Source of the DNA: Pachysolen tannophilus NRRL Y-2460
Lineage: Eukaryota
DNA: 64,000 nucleotides
Direction of reading: 5' to 3'
Assembly: GCA_001661245.1 (NCBI GenBank)
Contig: KV454013.1
Coordinates: forward strand, 269,005-333,004
Below, one piece after another: positions 20,554 through 31,192 of this stretch. Below the pieces are notes generated by a model. It did no database searches. It was not told the origin of the DNA and worked only from the letters and a program-made list of their open reading frames with translations. The position numbers were made by a program, and so were the translations under genes. The first letter of the stretch is position 1; every line of letters starts with the position of its first letter.

Positions 20554-20853
20554 CCTATATCTTAGTTTCACAATAAACCTCAAACAAGTAGTTAAATTTT
20601 TTTTATTTAATAATATTCTATCTTCTTCTCTTCTTCGTCGTCGGTCCTTCTTTTGGTGGGTTTTCCACTGAAAAATTTTTGGGTCAAAAGATGAACCAAT
20701 TTTTGTTTTTTGATCCAAAAATACACGACCACAATCATGATCACTTAATTTTGCTTAATAAGTTGAAAGGTTTGCTTTATGTATATAGTAAATTCATGTA
20801 ATTTAAATTTGAATATAGATTGATATAGATGAGGTTGGTTTGGAATTGAAGTC

Positions 20854-22062
20854 ATGTCATTATCTTCAAACAATCCGTTTTTGAAGGATATAGAATCTGA
20901 ATTGATTTACGATAATAATAATAAGAATAAGAATGATAATAAGATTAAGAATGAGGATGGTAATCGTCATGTATTGAGGATACATACACAAGATTTGGAA
21001 GGTATATTTGGGCCGGGTGTTTTACATTCGCAGTCTTCTTTGCAAGATGGTAATGGCGGTAATGGCGGTAATGGTAGTAATGCTGGGAGTAATGATGGGA
21101 GTAGTGTTTCGGGCAGTGTTGCGGGCAGCATTGCAGGCAGCAATGGTGGCAGTGGTGGCAGTACCTCTGTGGTTGCTAATTCAGCACCAGAACCAATTTC
21201 GGCGCCGCCACCAATTGCAGCACCTCCCCCTATTGCAGCACCTCCACCGGTTCCAGCACCTCCACCGGTTCCAGCACCTGCGCCAGTCTCTGCACCTGAA
21301 CCAGTTCCAGCACCTGAACCAGTCTCTACTCCAGTTTCAGCGCCAGTTTCTGCGCCAGTTTCTATGCCAGATGTCAATGTAATACCACCACCAGTTCCCT
21401 CTCGGAACGATGCTTCCAACACCGATAATGATACAACAGCTGAAGATCTGGATCGAAATCGATATCAAAATAGAAATAGAAATAGAAATAGAATTAGAAA
21501 TCGAAATCGTGTTTCTAGGACCTCTGGGATCTCTACAAATGCTTCCTCCTCTACAAATGTCTCTGCAAATGATGCTGATGACGAGCATGACGACAATTAT
21601 GTGCAGCGTATACCATCGCCCGCTTATTCCCCCAATGCACTGCCAAATGAAATAGTTACAGATGCAAATCTTCCTTCTGAACCAGATCCTGTTTTACAAT
21701 CCAATAACGAAGATAATCCAACGGAATTTGAGAATTTAAGCGATCCTCCTCCTCCATACACAGAAACCCCTGCTCGATTCCACAGCAGTGTTAACGATAA
21801 TAATTACTCCTACGAATTGTGCCCTCCATTACCCCCAAGACACCAACAACAAGGTGTTTATCTAAGACTGGACGATGCTTCACGGTACTCAAGGCCACAA
21901 CATCCACCACCAGGACAACCACCAGGACGAGCACGCAGAAATAATGACTCTCATTCCCCAAGACTACCACAACGTCCAGCCTCAAGTGCTTTCCCTGGAA
22001 GACTGCATGCTACCTATTCAAATGCAAACAGTAATCCTCCATTCCCAGCAAGGCGTCACTAA
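20854..22062 (+). CDS. Hypothetical disordered Pro/Gly/Asn-rich protein with NPF and PPxY motifs
   Basis: 402-aa ORF with ATG; SNNPF near the N-terminus, PPPPY, internal 18-bp tandem repeats; no folded domain recognised. Confidence 0.75.
   Translation: MSLSSNNPFLKDIESELIYDNNNKNKNDNKIKNEDGNRHVLRIHTQDLEGIFGPGVLHSQSSLQDGNGGNGGNGSNAGSNDGSSVSGSVAGSIAGSNGGSGGSTSVVANSAPEPISAPPPIAAPPPIAAPPPVPAPPPVPAPAPVSAPEPVPAPEPVSTPVSAPVSAPVSMPDVNVIPPPVPSRNDASNTDNDTTAEDLDRNRYQNRNRNRNRIRNRNRVSRTSGISTNASSSTNVSANDADDEHDDNYVQRIPSPAYSPNALPNEIVTDANLPSEPDPVLQSNNEDNPTEFENLSDPPPPYTETPARFHSSVNDNNYSYELCPPLPPRHQQQGVYLRLDDASRYSRPQHPPPGQPPGRARRNNDSHSPRLPQRPASSAFPGRLHATYSNANSNPPFPARRH
21184..21372 (+). repeat. Coding minisatellite: 18-bp (PAPPPV/PAPEPV) and 12-bp (PVSA) units
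   Basis: Repeated GCACCTCCACCGGTTCCA / GCACCTGAACCAGT / CCAGTTTCTGCG units. Confidence 0.8.
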
Positions 22063-22349
22063 TCTAATTTCACTAAAATTCACTACAACAACATTTCTTT
22101 TCTTTACTTTTCTTTTCCTTTTTCTTTCTTTCTTTCTTTCTTTCCTTTGAGCAACCGCTTGAATTCTTTTTCTGCTTTCTCTCCACTTGGACTCTTACAA
22201 TTCTTCTTCATGTTGTATCTAATCGTTGTTTCCCTCATCTTCTTTTCGCCGGTTTTATATGGACAAAATGATGTGCGCAATTTGTGGTTACTTTGGCGTA
22301 CCAAAATGCGCGCATTTTTGTAGTTTTTTTTTTTTTTTTTTTTTTTTTA

Positions 22350-22692
22350 NNNNNNNNNNNNNNNNNNNNNNNNNNNNNNNNNNNNNNNNNNNNNNNNNNN
22401 NNNNNNNNNNNNNNNNNNNNNNNNNNNNNNNNNNNNNNNNNNNNNNNNNNNNNNNNNNNNNNNNNNNNNNNNNNNNNNNNNNNNNNNNNNNNNNNNNNNN
22501 NNNNNNNNNNNNNNNNNNNNNNNNNNNNNNNNNNNNNNNNNNNNNNNNNNNNNNNNNNNNNNNNNNNNNNNNNNNNNNNNNNNNNNNNNNNNNNNNNNNN
22601 NNNNNNNNNNNNNNNNNNNNNNNNNNNNNNNNNNNNNNNNNNNNNNNNNNNNNNNNNNNNNNNNNNNNNNNNNNNNNNNNNNNNNNNNNNNN
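22350..22692. other. Assembly gap (N run) flanked by poly-T
   Basis: Run of N. Confidence 0.97.
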
Positions 22693-22903
22693 TTTTTTTT
22701 TTTTCATCCATAAAATTTGAATCAGTCAAATAAATATCTTTAAAATTGTTAAATTAATTTTTTTTTTTTTTTTCTGAAGAAGAAGTTTGAGAACAAGTAG
22801 AAGGAGGTTATAAGATCATAAGTTTATATATTATTTGTGATTGTACTTGTTTTTTCGAATTTTTTGTTTTTTTTTTTTTTGGATTCAGTTGTATTTAATA
22901 TAT

Positions 22904-25879
22904 ATGCCTGTAGGTTGTATCAATTTTATCAGACAAGGCGTATATAGTTTAAAGAGAACTTCATTTTTATCACAATTGAGAGTTAAAAAAATGAGTACTA
23001 GCGCAAGATTAGAATTACAAGAGAAATGGAATGCTTCAACTGTCCGTAATACGTTTTTGGATTATTTCAAAGAACGTGGACATACTTTTGTTCCATCATC
23101 TTCAGTGATTCCATATGAGGACCCAACTTTATTATTTGCTAATGCGGGTATGAATCAATATAAGCCAATTTTCTTAGGTACAGTAGAGCCAAGTTCTGAT
23201 TTTGCTAGTTTGAAAAGAGCTGTCAATTCTCAGAAATGTATTAGAGCAGGTGGGAAACATAATGATTTAGAAGATGTTGGAAGAGACTCTTATCATCATA
23301 CATTTTTTGAGATGTTGGGTAATTGGTCATTTGGTGATTATTTTAAAAAAGAAGCTATAGAAATGTCTTGGGATTTGCTTACTGGTGTCTTTGGCTTGGA
23401 TAAGGATAGATTATATGTTACTTATTTTGGTGGGGATGAAGCTTTGAAACTTGAACCAGATTTAGAAGCAAAAGAATATTGGTTAGCTGTTGGTGTTGCT
23501 GAAGATCATATCTTACCAGGTTCCACTGCTGATAATTTCTGGGAAATGGGTGATCAAGGTCCATGTGGTCCATGCTCAGAGATACATTACGACAGAATTG
23601 GTGGTAGAAATGCTGCAAGTTTAGTTAACATGGATGATCCAGATGTATTGGAAATTTGGAATAATGTTTTCATCCAATTTAATCGTGAAGCAGATGGTTC
23701 TTTGAGATCTTTACCAGCTAAACATATAGATACTGGTATGGGATTTGAAAGATTGGTTTCGATTTTACAAGATGTAAGATCAAATTATGATACAGACGTT
23801 TTCCAACCTTTATTTCATAAAATTCAAGAAATTACAGGTGTTAGACCCTATTCAGGTAAATTCGGTTCAGCTGATATTGATGGTATTGATACCACTTATC
23901 GTGTCTTGGCCGATCATGTTCGTACATTAACATTTGCTCTTGCTGATGGTGGTGTTCCAAATAATGAAGGTAGAGGTTATGTTTTACGTCGTATCTTACG
24001 TCGTGGTGCACGTTATGTTAGAAAATACATGAATTATCCAATTGGTAATTTTTTCTCACAATTAGCTCCAACTTTAATGGATCAAGTTAGTGATATATTT
24101 CCAGAATTATCCAAAAATAGAGCAGAAATTTTTGAAATCTTGGATGAAGAAGAAGCATCTTTTGCCAGAACTTTGGATCGTGGTGAAAAATTATTTGAAC
24201 AATACGCTATCATTGCTTCCAAGACACCAGAACAGACCTTGGCTGGAAAGGATGTTTGGAGATTATATGATACATATGGATTTCCAGTTGATTTAACTAG
24301 ATTGATGGCAGATGAAGCTAGCTTGAAAATTGATGAAGAAGCTTTTGAAAAAGCTAAGGAAGCATCAAGAGAAGCTTCTAAAGGTGCTGGAAAATCAACT
24401 GGAAAGGATATTTTAAAACTTGATGTCCACGCTTTAGGAAAGTTAGACTCTGAAGGTGTTGTTCCAAAAACTGATGATCATTTCAAATATGGAGTAGACA
24501 ATGTTCAAGCTAAAGTTGTTGCCATCTATGATGGTAAAGAATTCTTAGAATCTACAAAAGATCAAACTGGAACTGTTGGTATCTTGTTAGATAAGACTCC
24601 ATTTTACGCAGAACAAGGTGGTCAGACATATGATACCGGTAAGATTGTCATTGATGGAATTGCAGAATTTAACGTTGAAAACGTTCAACAGTATGCAGGA
24701 TATGTCTTACATACTGGTTACATGTTGGAAGGCAATTTTTCTATCAATGATGATGTTATTGCCACATATGAAGAATTGCGTAGATGGCCAATCAGAAATA
24801 ATCATACAGGAACACATATCTTGAATTTTGCATTAAGAGAAGTTTTGGGAAACGGTGTCGAACAAAAAGGTTCTTTAGTCGCCCCAGAAAAATTGAGATT
24901 TGATTTTTCTCATAAACAAGGTTTAACATTGGATGAAGTCAAGAAAGTTGAAGATATTTCAAATCAATATATCAAGAAAAACACACCAGTTTATTCTAAG
25001 GAAGTCCTGTTGCCAATTGGTAAAAAAATATACGGATTAAGAGCTGTGTTTGGAGAAAGCTATCCTGACCCTGTTAGAGTTGTCTCTATTGGGGTGCCTG
25101 TTGATGAAATATTACAGAACCCAGAAAATCCAGAATGGGAAAATATTTCTATTGAATTTTGTGGTGGAACTCATGTTGCCAAGACTGGGGATATAAAAGA
25201 TTTTGTTATTGTAGAAGAAAGTGGTATTGCTAAAGGGATTCGTAGAATTGTTGCAGTTTCTGGTAAGGATGCTCATCTGGTTCAGCGTATTGTTTCGGAA
25301 TTTGATGCTAAGTTAGATGAAATTGCAAAGATGCTGAATGGCCCATCCAAAGAGAAACATTTGAAAGAATCTAATACAGCTTTGAAACAAATGACTATTT
25401 CGATTTTGGAAAAAGATAGATTGAACAACAAATTCTCCAAGATTGAAAAAGAATATAAAGATGATTTGAAGCGCAAGCAGAAAGAGGAATCTAAAAAAGT
25501 TACTGAGGCAGTCAAGGCTTTCTTTGAAGAACATAAAAATTCTCCATTTTATGTAGGCCATATTGATGTTTCTCCAAATGCAAAAGCAATCACTGATGCT
25601 ATAAATTTCGTCAAGAAGGAGAACAAGGAAAAATCAGTTTTTATCATCACTGGTAATAACACTGACTCTAAAGTTGCACAAGGTTGTTACATTTCAGATG
25701 ATTCTACTGCAAAAGTAGGTATCTCAGCATCGGATTTGACAACGTTGGCAACTAAGTATATTGGTGGTAAAGCTGGTGGAAAAGGAAACGTATCACAAGG
25801 TATGGGTGTTGAAGTCGGTGGTATTGATACGGCTATTATTGAAGTTGAAAAGCTTTTGAAAGAGAAATTGAGTATTTGA
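22904..25879 (+). CDS. ALA1: Alanyl-tRNA synthetase (cytosolic start 22991; upstream in-frame ATG 22904 adds a putative mitochondrial presequence)
   Basis: [68 protein letters not shown]; editing domain NHTGTH and EFCGGTH; C-Ala GGKAGG. Confidence 0.98.
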   Translation: MPVGCINFIRQGVYSLKRTSFLSQLRVKKMSTSARLELQEKWNASTVRNTFLDYFKERGHTFVPSSSVIPYEDPTLLFANAGMNQYKPIFLGTVEPSSDFASLKRAVNSQKCIRAGGKHNDLEDVGRDSYHHTFFEMLGNWSFGDYFKKEAIEMSWDLLTGVFGLDKDRLYVTYFGGDEALKLEPDLEAKEYWLAVGVAEDHILPGSTADNFWEMGDQGPCGPCSEIHYDRIGGRNAASLVNMDDPDVLEIWNNVFIQFNREADGSLRSLPAKHIDTGMGFERLVSILQDVRSNYDTDVFQPLFHKIQEITGVRPYSGKFGSADIDGIDTTYRVLADHVRTLTFALADGGVPNNEGRGYVLRRILRRGARYVRKYMNYPIGNFFSQLAPTLMDQVSDIFPELSKNRAEIFEILDEEEASFARTLDRGEKLFEQYAIIASKTPEQTLAGKDVWRLYDTYGFPVDLTRLMADEASLKIDEEAFEKAKEASREASKGAGKSTGKDILKLDVHALGKLDSEGVVPKTDDHFKYGVDNVQAKVVAIYDGKEFLESTKDQTGTVGILLDKTPFYAEQGGQTYDTGKIVIDGIAEFNVENVQQYAGYVLHTGYMLEGNFSINDDVIATYEELRRWPIRNNHTGTHILNFALREVLGNGVEQKGSLVAPEKLRFDFSHKQGLTLDEVKKVEDISNQYIKKNTPVYSKEVLLPIGKKIYGLRAVFGESYPDPVRVVSIGVPVDEILQNPENPEWENISIEFCGGTHVAKTGDIKDFVIVEESGIAKGIRRIVAVSGKDAHLVQRIVSEFDAKLDEIAKMLNGPSKEKHLKESNTALKQMTISILEKDRLNNKFSKIEKEYKDDLKRKQKEESKKVTEAVKAFFEEHKNSPFYVGHIDVSPNAKAITDAINFVKKENKEKSVFIITGNNTDSKVAQGCYISDDSTAKVGISASDLTTLATKYIGGKAGGKGNVSQGMGVEVGGIDTAIIEVEKLLKEKLSI

Positions 25880-26194
25880 AGATGAAAACATTGTTGTTTT
25901 CAATTTAGTTTACTCCATGATATTCATGTTTCATAGTTCTGTTAATCATTGCTTTTTTTTCTTTCTGAATATTTTTTTATCTTTGCTTAAAGGCAGTCAT
26001 TTGAAGAATATTTAATGTTCTTTTATTTTTTTTGTTAAATTAATTTAAGTTGAATTATTGTTACATTTCTTAAGTTTTAGTTTTGTGATTTTTATTAATG
26101 CAAATTTTTATATTGATAAATCCATCAACTTTTATGTAATATATCTTTTCTCCCTCATATACAAGAAAAATAAATAAAAATAAAAAATAAAAAA

Positions 26195-28477
26195 CTATAT
26201 GTCTATCAAGAACTCCGTATTTTTTTTCTTTTCAAAATCATTTAAATAATTATTTTCAGCCGGCGTGGTTTTATTACTATTTGATTCTTCAACACCATTT
26301 GGATTAATCCTGTCCTTATTTTCCACTTTTCCATTTTGCAGAATATTCTTTCTTACAGGGGTCATTGGAGGACTGCTAAAAGCAACTTCTAATTCTGGAT
26401 CAAGATTCTTCAAGTGTTGATGTTGTCCTTCTTGAACTAATGATCTCGGTATTGGTGTCAAGACAATATTTTTGTATTCAGTGTTAGATTGAATAATATT
26501 TTGCGGCACAACAAGGGGTGGTGATGGAGATGAAACAAATTTTGAAAACCCATCATCGTCGTCATCATCATCATCGTTATCATTATCTTCATTATTATCG
26601 TCATTATTGTCAATACTACTTTCTTCTTCCTTTTGCACATCGGCCTCTTTTAGATCCTGCTGCAAGTCTTTTTTATGAGATATTGGAGAAACACTATTTT
26701 TACGATTTTTGTTTGTATCAAGATTATTATCCAGGACAACTGAATTATGGGAAGTTGGTGGAATAGTAACATTATCATCCTCATTAGCTGGTACAACAAC
26801 GTTATCATTTTCTTCAAAATCATCAAAGTCTGTTGAATTTTCCAGTTCTACATTATCATCTCCATTATCATGTTCGTTTTCGTTTTCATTTTCATTTTCA
26901 TTCTCATTAATGTCTATCTGGTTATATCCATAGCTGAATCCTTCCCCATCATCACTATCTTCTTCTATTGATGCATTTGTTTTATCATTATTAATACTTT
27001 TCAAAAAATCAGCTTCTAAACTATGAGTTACTTGATTACTGGTAAATGTAGCTTCAGTTGCTTGATTATCATTGTGATCTTTTGCCATACCTATTTTTTT
27101 GGAATCTATGTGATCTTTCGAAATATTTGATTTTTTATTACCAAAAAGTAAATTTCCAATAGAAAACTTGTTTAATTTTTTCTGTTTTTCTTGATAACTC
27201 TTGCGTTCGTTTTCCAATTCTTGGTTTCTGAGTAAAAGTTGTTGCTTTTTCAACTTTTTTTCTTTTTCCAATTTTTGTAAATTTTTCAATCTTAATTCTT
27301 CCTTTTTTTTCATATTCAATAACTTTTCTTGTTCTTTTAGTTTTCTCTCTTCAACAAAATTCAATGATATTTTAGAAGCAAATAGTAATAAATTTTCTTG
27401 ATTTGTGGTTGTGGAAGGTATAGGTGCTGGAGTTACGGATGGAGATGAGGAAACTGTTGCTTCTGTTAATGGATTTGGAGTTGGAGTTGGTGTTGGTATA
27501 GGAGTAGAAGTTGGAGTTGGGGTTGGAGTTCTGGAAGAAGTTACAATTTTTTCACCTAAAGGTGTTACTTTTGTTGACCAATTAAATAAGGTTATACTGC
27601 TATGCTTTTTCCAAAATTCATCTTTAAGACTTCCTTGCCTTCTATGAATTGGTCTCATAGAGTTATTAACTTGATTTTCTTGGTTTTTAGCTTGATCTGT
27701 GTTTGTTGAGAAATTGTTTGAATTCAGATTAACAGCAATACCGCCTTGTTCTTCTATTTGCCATTGATTAACTATTTCATCCATCTTTTCATGAATAAAA
27801 GAATAATTCCAAAGATTCATATGTCGATAATTCAGATATGTTTTTTTCTTGAGTTCTAATGAATTTTTCTTAGAATCTGTATGAATTTCCTTAGGTTCAA
27901 ATTGTTTTTTCCGTGATGTTATAAGTGTATGAATTTTTCTTGATGAATTGGGTAATAATGATATAGTTTCAATTTTATTTATCATTGGTAATTCCTTATC
28001 TACCACATTTGAATTTGAAGGAAATATTTCCAAAACTATTTCTTCCACTGGCTTTATGAAAAAGGGAGTTTTTCTTTCATGTTGAATGATTTCTTCATTA
28101 AAAGATCCAAAATCATCATCTTCATCATCATCATCTTCATCTTTATCTTTATCTTTATCTTGAGGGCTATTTATATTTTCATTATCATGGTCATCATCGC
28201 CATTATCAAGATCAGTTTCCAATTCCTCCTCAACCTCCTTATTATCTGGTTCCCCCTTAGAACTCACCACCACTACCAGATCTCCCCAAACATTACCCTC
28301 AGTACCAACTACATTTTCAGAACTTTGTATATCCAGATGATGATGCACTATCTCAGATTCTTCTAATTCGGATCCTATATTCGGCCCAATACTAGTTCCC
28401 AGTTCTGCCCAAGGGTTAGTTAACTCTTCAATCTCAGCGCTATCATGACCATCACCAATACTACTATCAAAAGCCAT
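26195..28477 (-). CDS. Hypothetical acidic, largely disordered protein with adaptor/clathrin-type short motifs
   Basis: 760-aa ORF; NPW, DDFGSF, DFDDF, DGFSKF, TP repeats, central K/E coiled coil, C-terminal FLIDI. Confidence 0.75.
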   Translation of the reverse strand: MAFDSSIGDGHDSAEIEELTNPWAELGTSIGPNIGSELEESEIVHHHLDIQSSENVVGTEGNVWGDLVVVVSSKGEPDNKEVEEELETDLDNGDDDHDNENINSPQDKDKDKDEDDDDEDDDFGSFNEEIIQHERKTPFFIKPVEEIVLEIFPSNSNVVDKELPMINKIETISLLPNSSRKIHTLITSRKKQFEPKEIHTDSKKNSLELKKKTYLNYRHMNLWNYSFIHEKMDEIVNQWQIEEQGGIAVNLNSNNFSTNTDQAKNQENQVNNSMRPIHRRQGSLKDEFWKKHSSITLFNWSTKVTPLGEKIVTSSRTPTPTPTSTPIPTPTPTPNPLTEATVSSSPSVTPAPIPSTTTNQENLLLFASKISLNFVEERKLKEQEKLLNMKKKEELRLKNLQKLEKEKKLKKQQLLLRNQELENERKSYQEKQKKLNKFSIGNLLFGNKKSNISKDHIDSKKIGMAKDHNDNQATEATFTSNQVTHSLEADFLKSINNDKTNASIEEDSDDGEGFSYGYNQIDINENENENENENEHDNGDDNVELENSTDFDDFEENDNVVVPANEDDNVTIPPTSHNSVVLDNNLDTNKNRKNSVSPISHKKDLQQDLKEADVQKEEESSIDNNDDNNEDNDNDDDDDDDDGFSKFVSSPSPPLVVPQNIIQSNTEYKNIVLTPIPRSLVQEGQHQHLKNLDPELEVAFSSPPMTPVRKNILQNGKVENKDRINPNGVEESNSNKTTPAENNYLNDFEKKKNTEFLIDI

Positions 28478-29020
28478 GATAGACCAATAAACAATTATTC
28501 CGAGAAAATAGAATAAAAAATTAAAAAATTAAAAAAACAAGATAAGATAATAATATAGGTTTTCAAGCTGCTTTTTCTTTTTTACTTTTTTCTTTTACTT
28601 AACGCTAATAATAAAAATAATCTTTTACAAAAACGGAAGTAGCTAAAACAAAAACGGAAGTAAAAGAAAAAGTGCTTAAACAGGAAGTCAAAGCAATTTT
28701 TTACAAAACTGAAAAAACCGAAAAGGGAAATTTTGTTTTTTTGTCTTTTTGTGTTTTTGTGCCAAAAAGGGTAAAAGTCAAAATAACAAAAAAAGAAATA
28801 AATCACAAAGTTACCGAAATAGGAAGTCGTAGTTTAATTGTGTGTGTAACATTAAAGGTGATAATGGTGAAATCAATAAAGTGTTAGAAAGAGAAAGAGA
28901 AAGAGAAAAAGGAGACAATTGATTTAGGTTAACAACTACACTCAATTGATACGTTTACAGTTTTGGCATAAATAGATATCAGCTTCGTAGAGCTATATAG
29001 CTTTATACAACATAGAAATT

Positions 29021-29042
29021 AATAATAATAATAATAGTAGTA

Positions 29043-29092
<50 letters not shown>
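29021..29092. repeat. (AAT)n microsatellite with AGT interruptions
   Basis: Directly visible. Confidence 0.95.
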
Positions 29093-29094
<2 letters not shown>

Positions 29095-29477
29095 TTCAAA
29101 ATTCCCGTCTGCAATTGCCACTCTATGAGCGGATGTTTTAAAATCATATAATGCGCATGACTTTGTAAATATTATAATTCATATCTTCGTTCTTATCAAA
29201 AAAAATAAAATAAAAAAAAAAAAAAAATAGTTGATTAAAATAAAAATGAAAAGGGTTTTAAAATTTCAAAATTTAAAGGCCAGTAATTAAAAAAGATGAT
29301 AATTCGATAAATTAAAAAAAAAAAAAAAAAACATAGACCAACACAGAACAATCACTTCTTCTTTTAAATTTTTATTTTGTTTTTAACTCAATTACTTTTA
29401 CACTTGACCTTAATAAAAACCGCCATGTTATTTAATGATTATGGAGTGTAACTTCTTGTAGTTGTTTGTTTGTTAAA

Positions 29478-29762
29478 TTATTTTTTTTGCAGATCTTCCA
29501 AGAGTCTAACATGTTTTTCTAAATTTCTAATACTTTGTTGTAAAGCCAATATATCCGAAAGTAAAACATTACTAGAATTCTTGTATTCATCAACAAGATA
29601 ATAATACGAACCAAACCCAGTTATAGTAACTCCTAATAAAAAACCTAAAAAAGTACCTTTAAACCCAGATTTCTTTTTAATCACCGGTGCCGCCGCAATA
29701 GTACTTTGAAATCTTAAAAAAGATACACGTTTAACCAGTTGAATTGATTGATACTTGAACAT
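29478..29762 (-). CDS. Small single-TM, probably mitochondrial, conserved fungal protein of unknown function
   Basis: Presequence-like start (LRFQST), Gly-rich TM GFLLGVTITGFGSYYYL, then a coiled coil DEYK..DILALQQSIRNLE. Confidence 0.75.
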   Translation of the reverse strand: MFKYQSIQLVKRVSFLRFQSTIAAAPVIKKKSGFKGTFLGFLLGVTITGFGSYYYLVDEYKNSSNVLLSDILALQQSIRNLEKHVRLLEDLQKK

Positions 29763-30123
29763 TTTCTAAAAAAATTTTTAAATCAATTAAATAAACAATC
29801 TTTTATTTTTTAAATTATTTCCTTCTTTCTTTCTTTCTTTCTATAAATTATTCAATATTCAATTATAAATAATAAATAATAAATATTTAATTTATATATT
29901 TATAATCTTAAAACTAAATTGGTGGGGAATTTTGCGGACATAATTTTTTACAACTTTTTTTTTTCTTTCTTTCTCTTTTTAGGACATTTATTTTTACCCG
30001 GAGATTTTATGTTAAAGGGAAAAGAAAGAGATGATGATAAATATAAATGATTAAGTTAAAAGAAAAGTATTTTTTTAATTTAATTTGTTGAAATTTGGAA
30101 TTTTTTTTTTTAAATGATTGGTC

Positions 30124-31155
30124 ATGTCGGGGCTTGGGAATATGGATGGTTTATCGAGGAATGATGATAGGGATATGTGTCCTATTTGTAAGACCGATAA
30201 GTATTTATCGCCATCGATGAATTTTTTAATAAACCCGGAATGTTATCATAAGATTTGCGAGAGTTGTGTTGATAGAATTTTTTCAATGGGACCAACAAAA
30301 TGTCCATATCCAAATTGTAATAAGATTTTAAGAAAGAATAAATTTAAAAAACAAATATTTGATGATTTAAATATAGAAAAAGAATGTGATATTAGGAAAA
30401 AAATTTTAGAAATTTATAATAAACAAGAATCAAATTTTAAAAATTTAAATGAATATAATAAATATCTTGAAGAAATTGAAACTATTATATTTAATTTAAG
30501 TCATGATATTGATATAGAAGAAACAACAAATCTTGTTAAACAATATGAATTGATGAATAAAGAACTTATAAATGAAAATAATGATAAAATATCTAAAGAT
30601 TATGAAAATTTTATGAAAAGACAAAATTTAGAAAAATCTTTTAAACAAACAAGATTAAAATTACAAAAAGAAATTGAAGATGAAGATCTGAAATTGAAAA
30701 AATTAAAAAATTTAGAAAATTTAAATAATATGTATGATGAAGGAATAACTAAAAATAAAAATAATAATAATAATAATAATAATAAAAATGTTTTAAATCA
30801 AATGAAAGAATCAATATTAAAGAAAACTTCAGCAAGACAAAAACAATTAAAAGAATTGGAACAAAGACAACAAGAAAGATTATCACAACTCACTTCTTCA
30901 TTTGGTGGACAACAATTGGATGATATAAATGGGAAACTACAAAAACCAGAAACTCCATTTACTCCATTCAATGGAGATAGAGTTTTAAAATTACCTTATA
31001 ATGAAGATAATGATTATTATGATCCAATATATTTCAATTTAGTTGAAAAAAATGATGAATTTAGGGCAAGTGGTTATAATTTAAAAGAATTTTTTAAAAG
31101 AAGTTTATCAGAAGCATTTATAGGATTAGATTGTTTTATATGTGATGAAAAATAG
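30124..31155 (+). CDS. TFB3: TFIIH/CAK RING subunit Tfb3 (MAT1)
   Basis: DMCPICKTDKYLSP, ECYHKICESCVDRIF RING, YNKYLEEIE, PFTPFNGDR, EAFIGL. Start ATG 30124 (or 30142). Confidence 0.95.
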   Translation: MSGLGNMDGLSRNDDRDMCPICKTDKYLSPSMNFLINPECYHKICESCVDRIFSMGPTKCPYPNCNKILRKNKFKKQIFDDLNIEKECDIRKKILEIYNKQESNFKNLNEYNKYLEEIETIIFNLSHDIDIEETTNLVKQYELMNKELINENNDKISKDYENFMKRQNLEKSFKQTRLKLQKEIEDEDLKLKKLKNLENLNNMYDEGITKNKNNNNNNNNKNVLNQMKESILKKTSARQKQLKELEQRQQERLSQLTSSFGGQQLDDINGKLQKPETPFTPFNGDRVLKLPYNEDNDYYDPIYFNLVEKNDEFRASGYNLKEFFKRSLSEAFIGLDCFICDEK

Positions 31156-31192
31156 ATGAATATATTTATATATATATATATATTTATAATGA

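Noticed and set aside
20554..20718. N-terminal extension of MRPL28 in the ORF track
   Set aside because: Starts at a non-ATG codon in promoter-like sequence. The TTG/GTG starts given for ADH-A, GH76, ALA1, TFB3, ENP1, EXO70, AKR and RRD1 were likewise moved to the first ATG.
20967..21655. Antisense and alternative-frame ORFs over the Pro-rich gene
   Set aside because: Shadows of a GC-rich repeat that lacks stop codons; no independent coding signal.
20029..31155. a-factor pheromone gene near TFB3/MRPL28 (neighbours of MFA1 in S. cerevisiae)
   Set aside because: No short ATG ORF ending in a CAAX motif was seen in the intergenic regions I read; the gaps could hide one.
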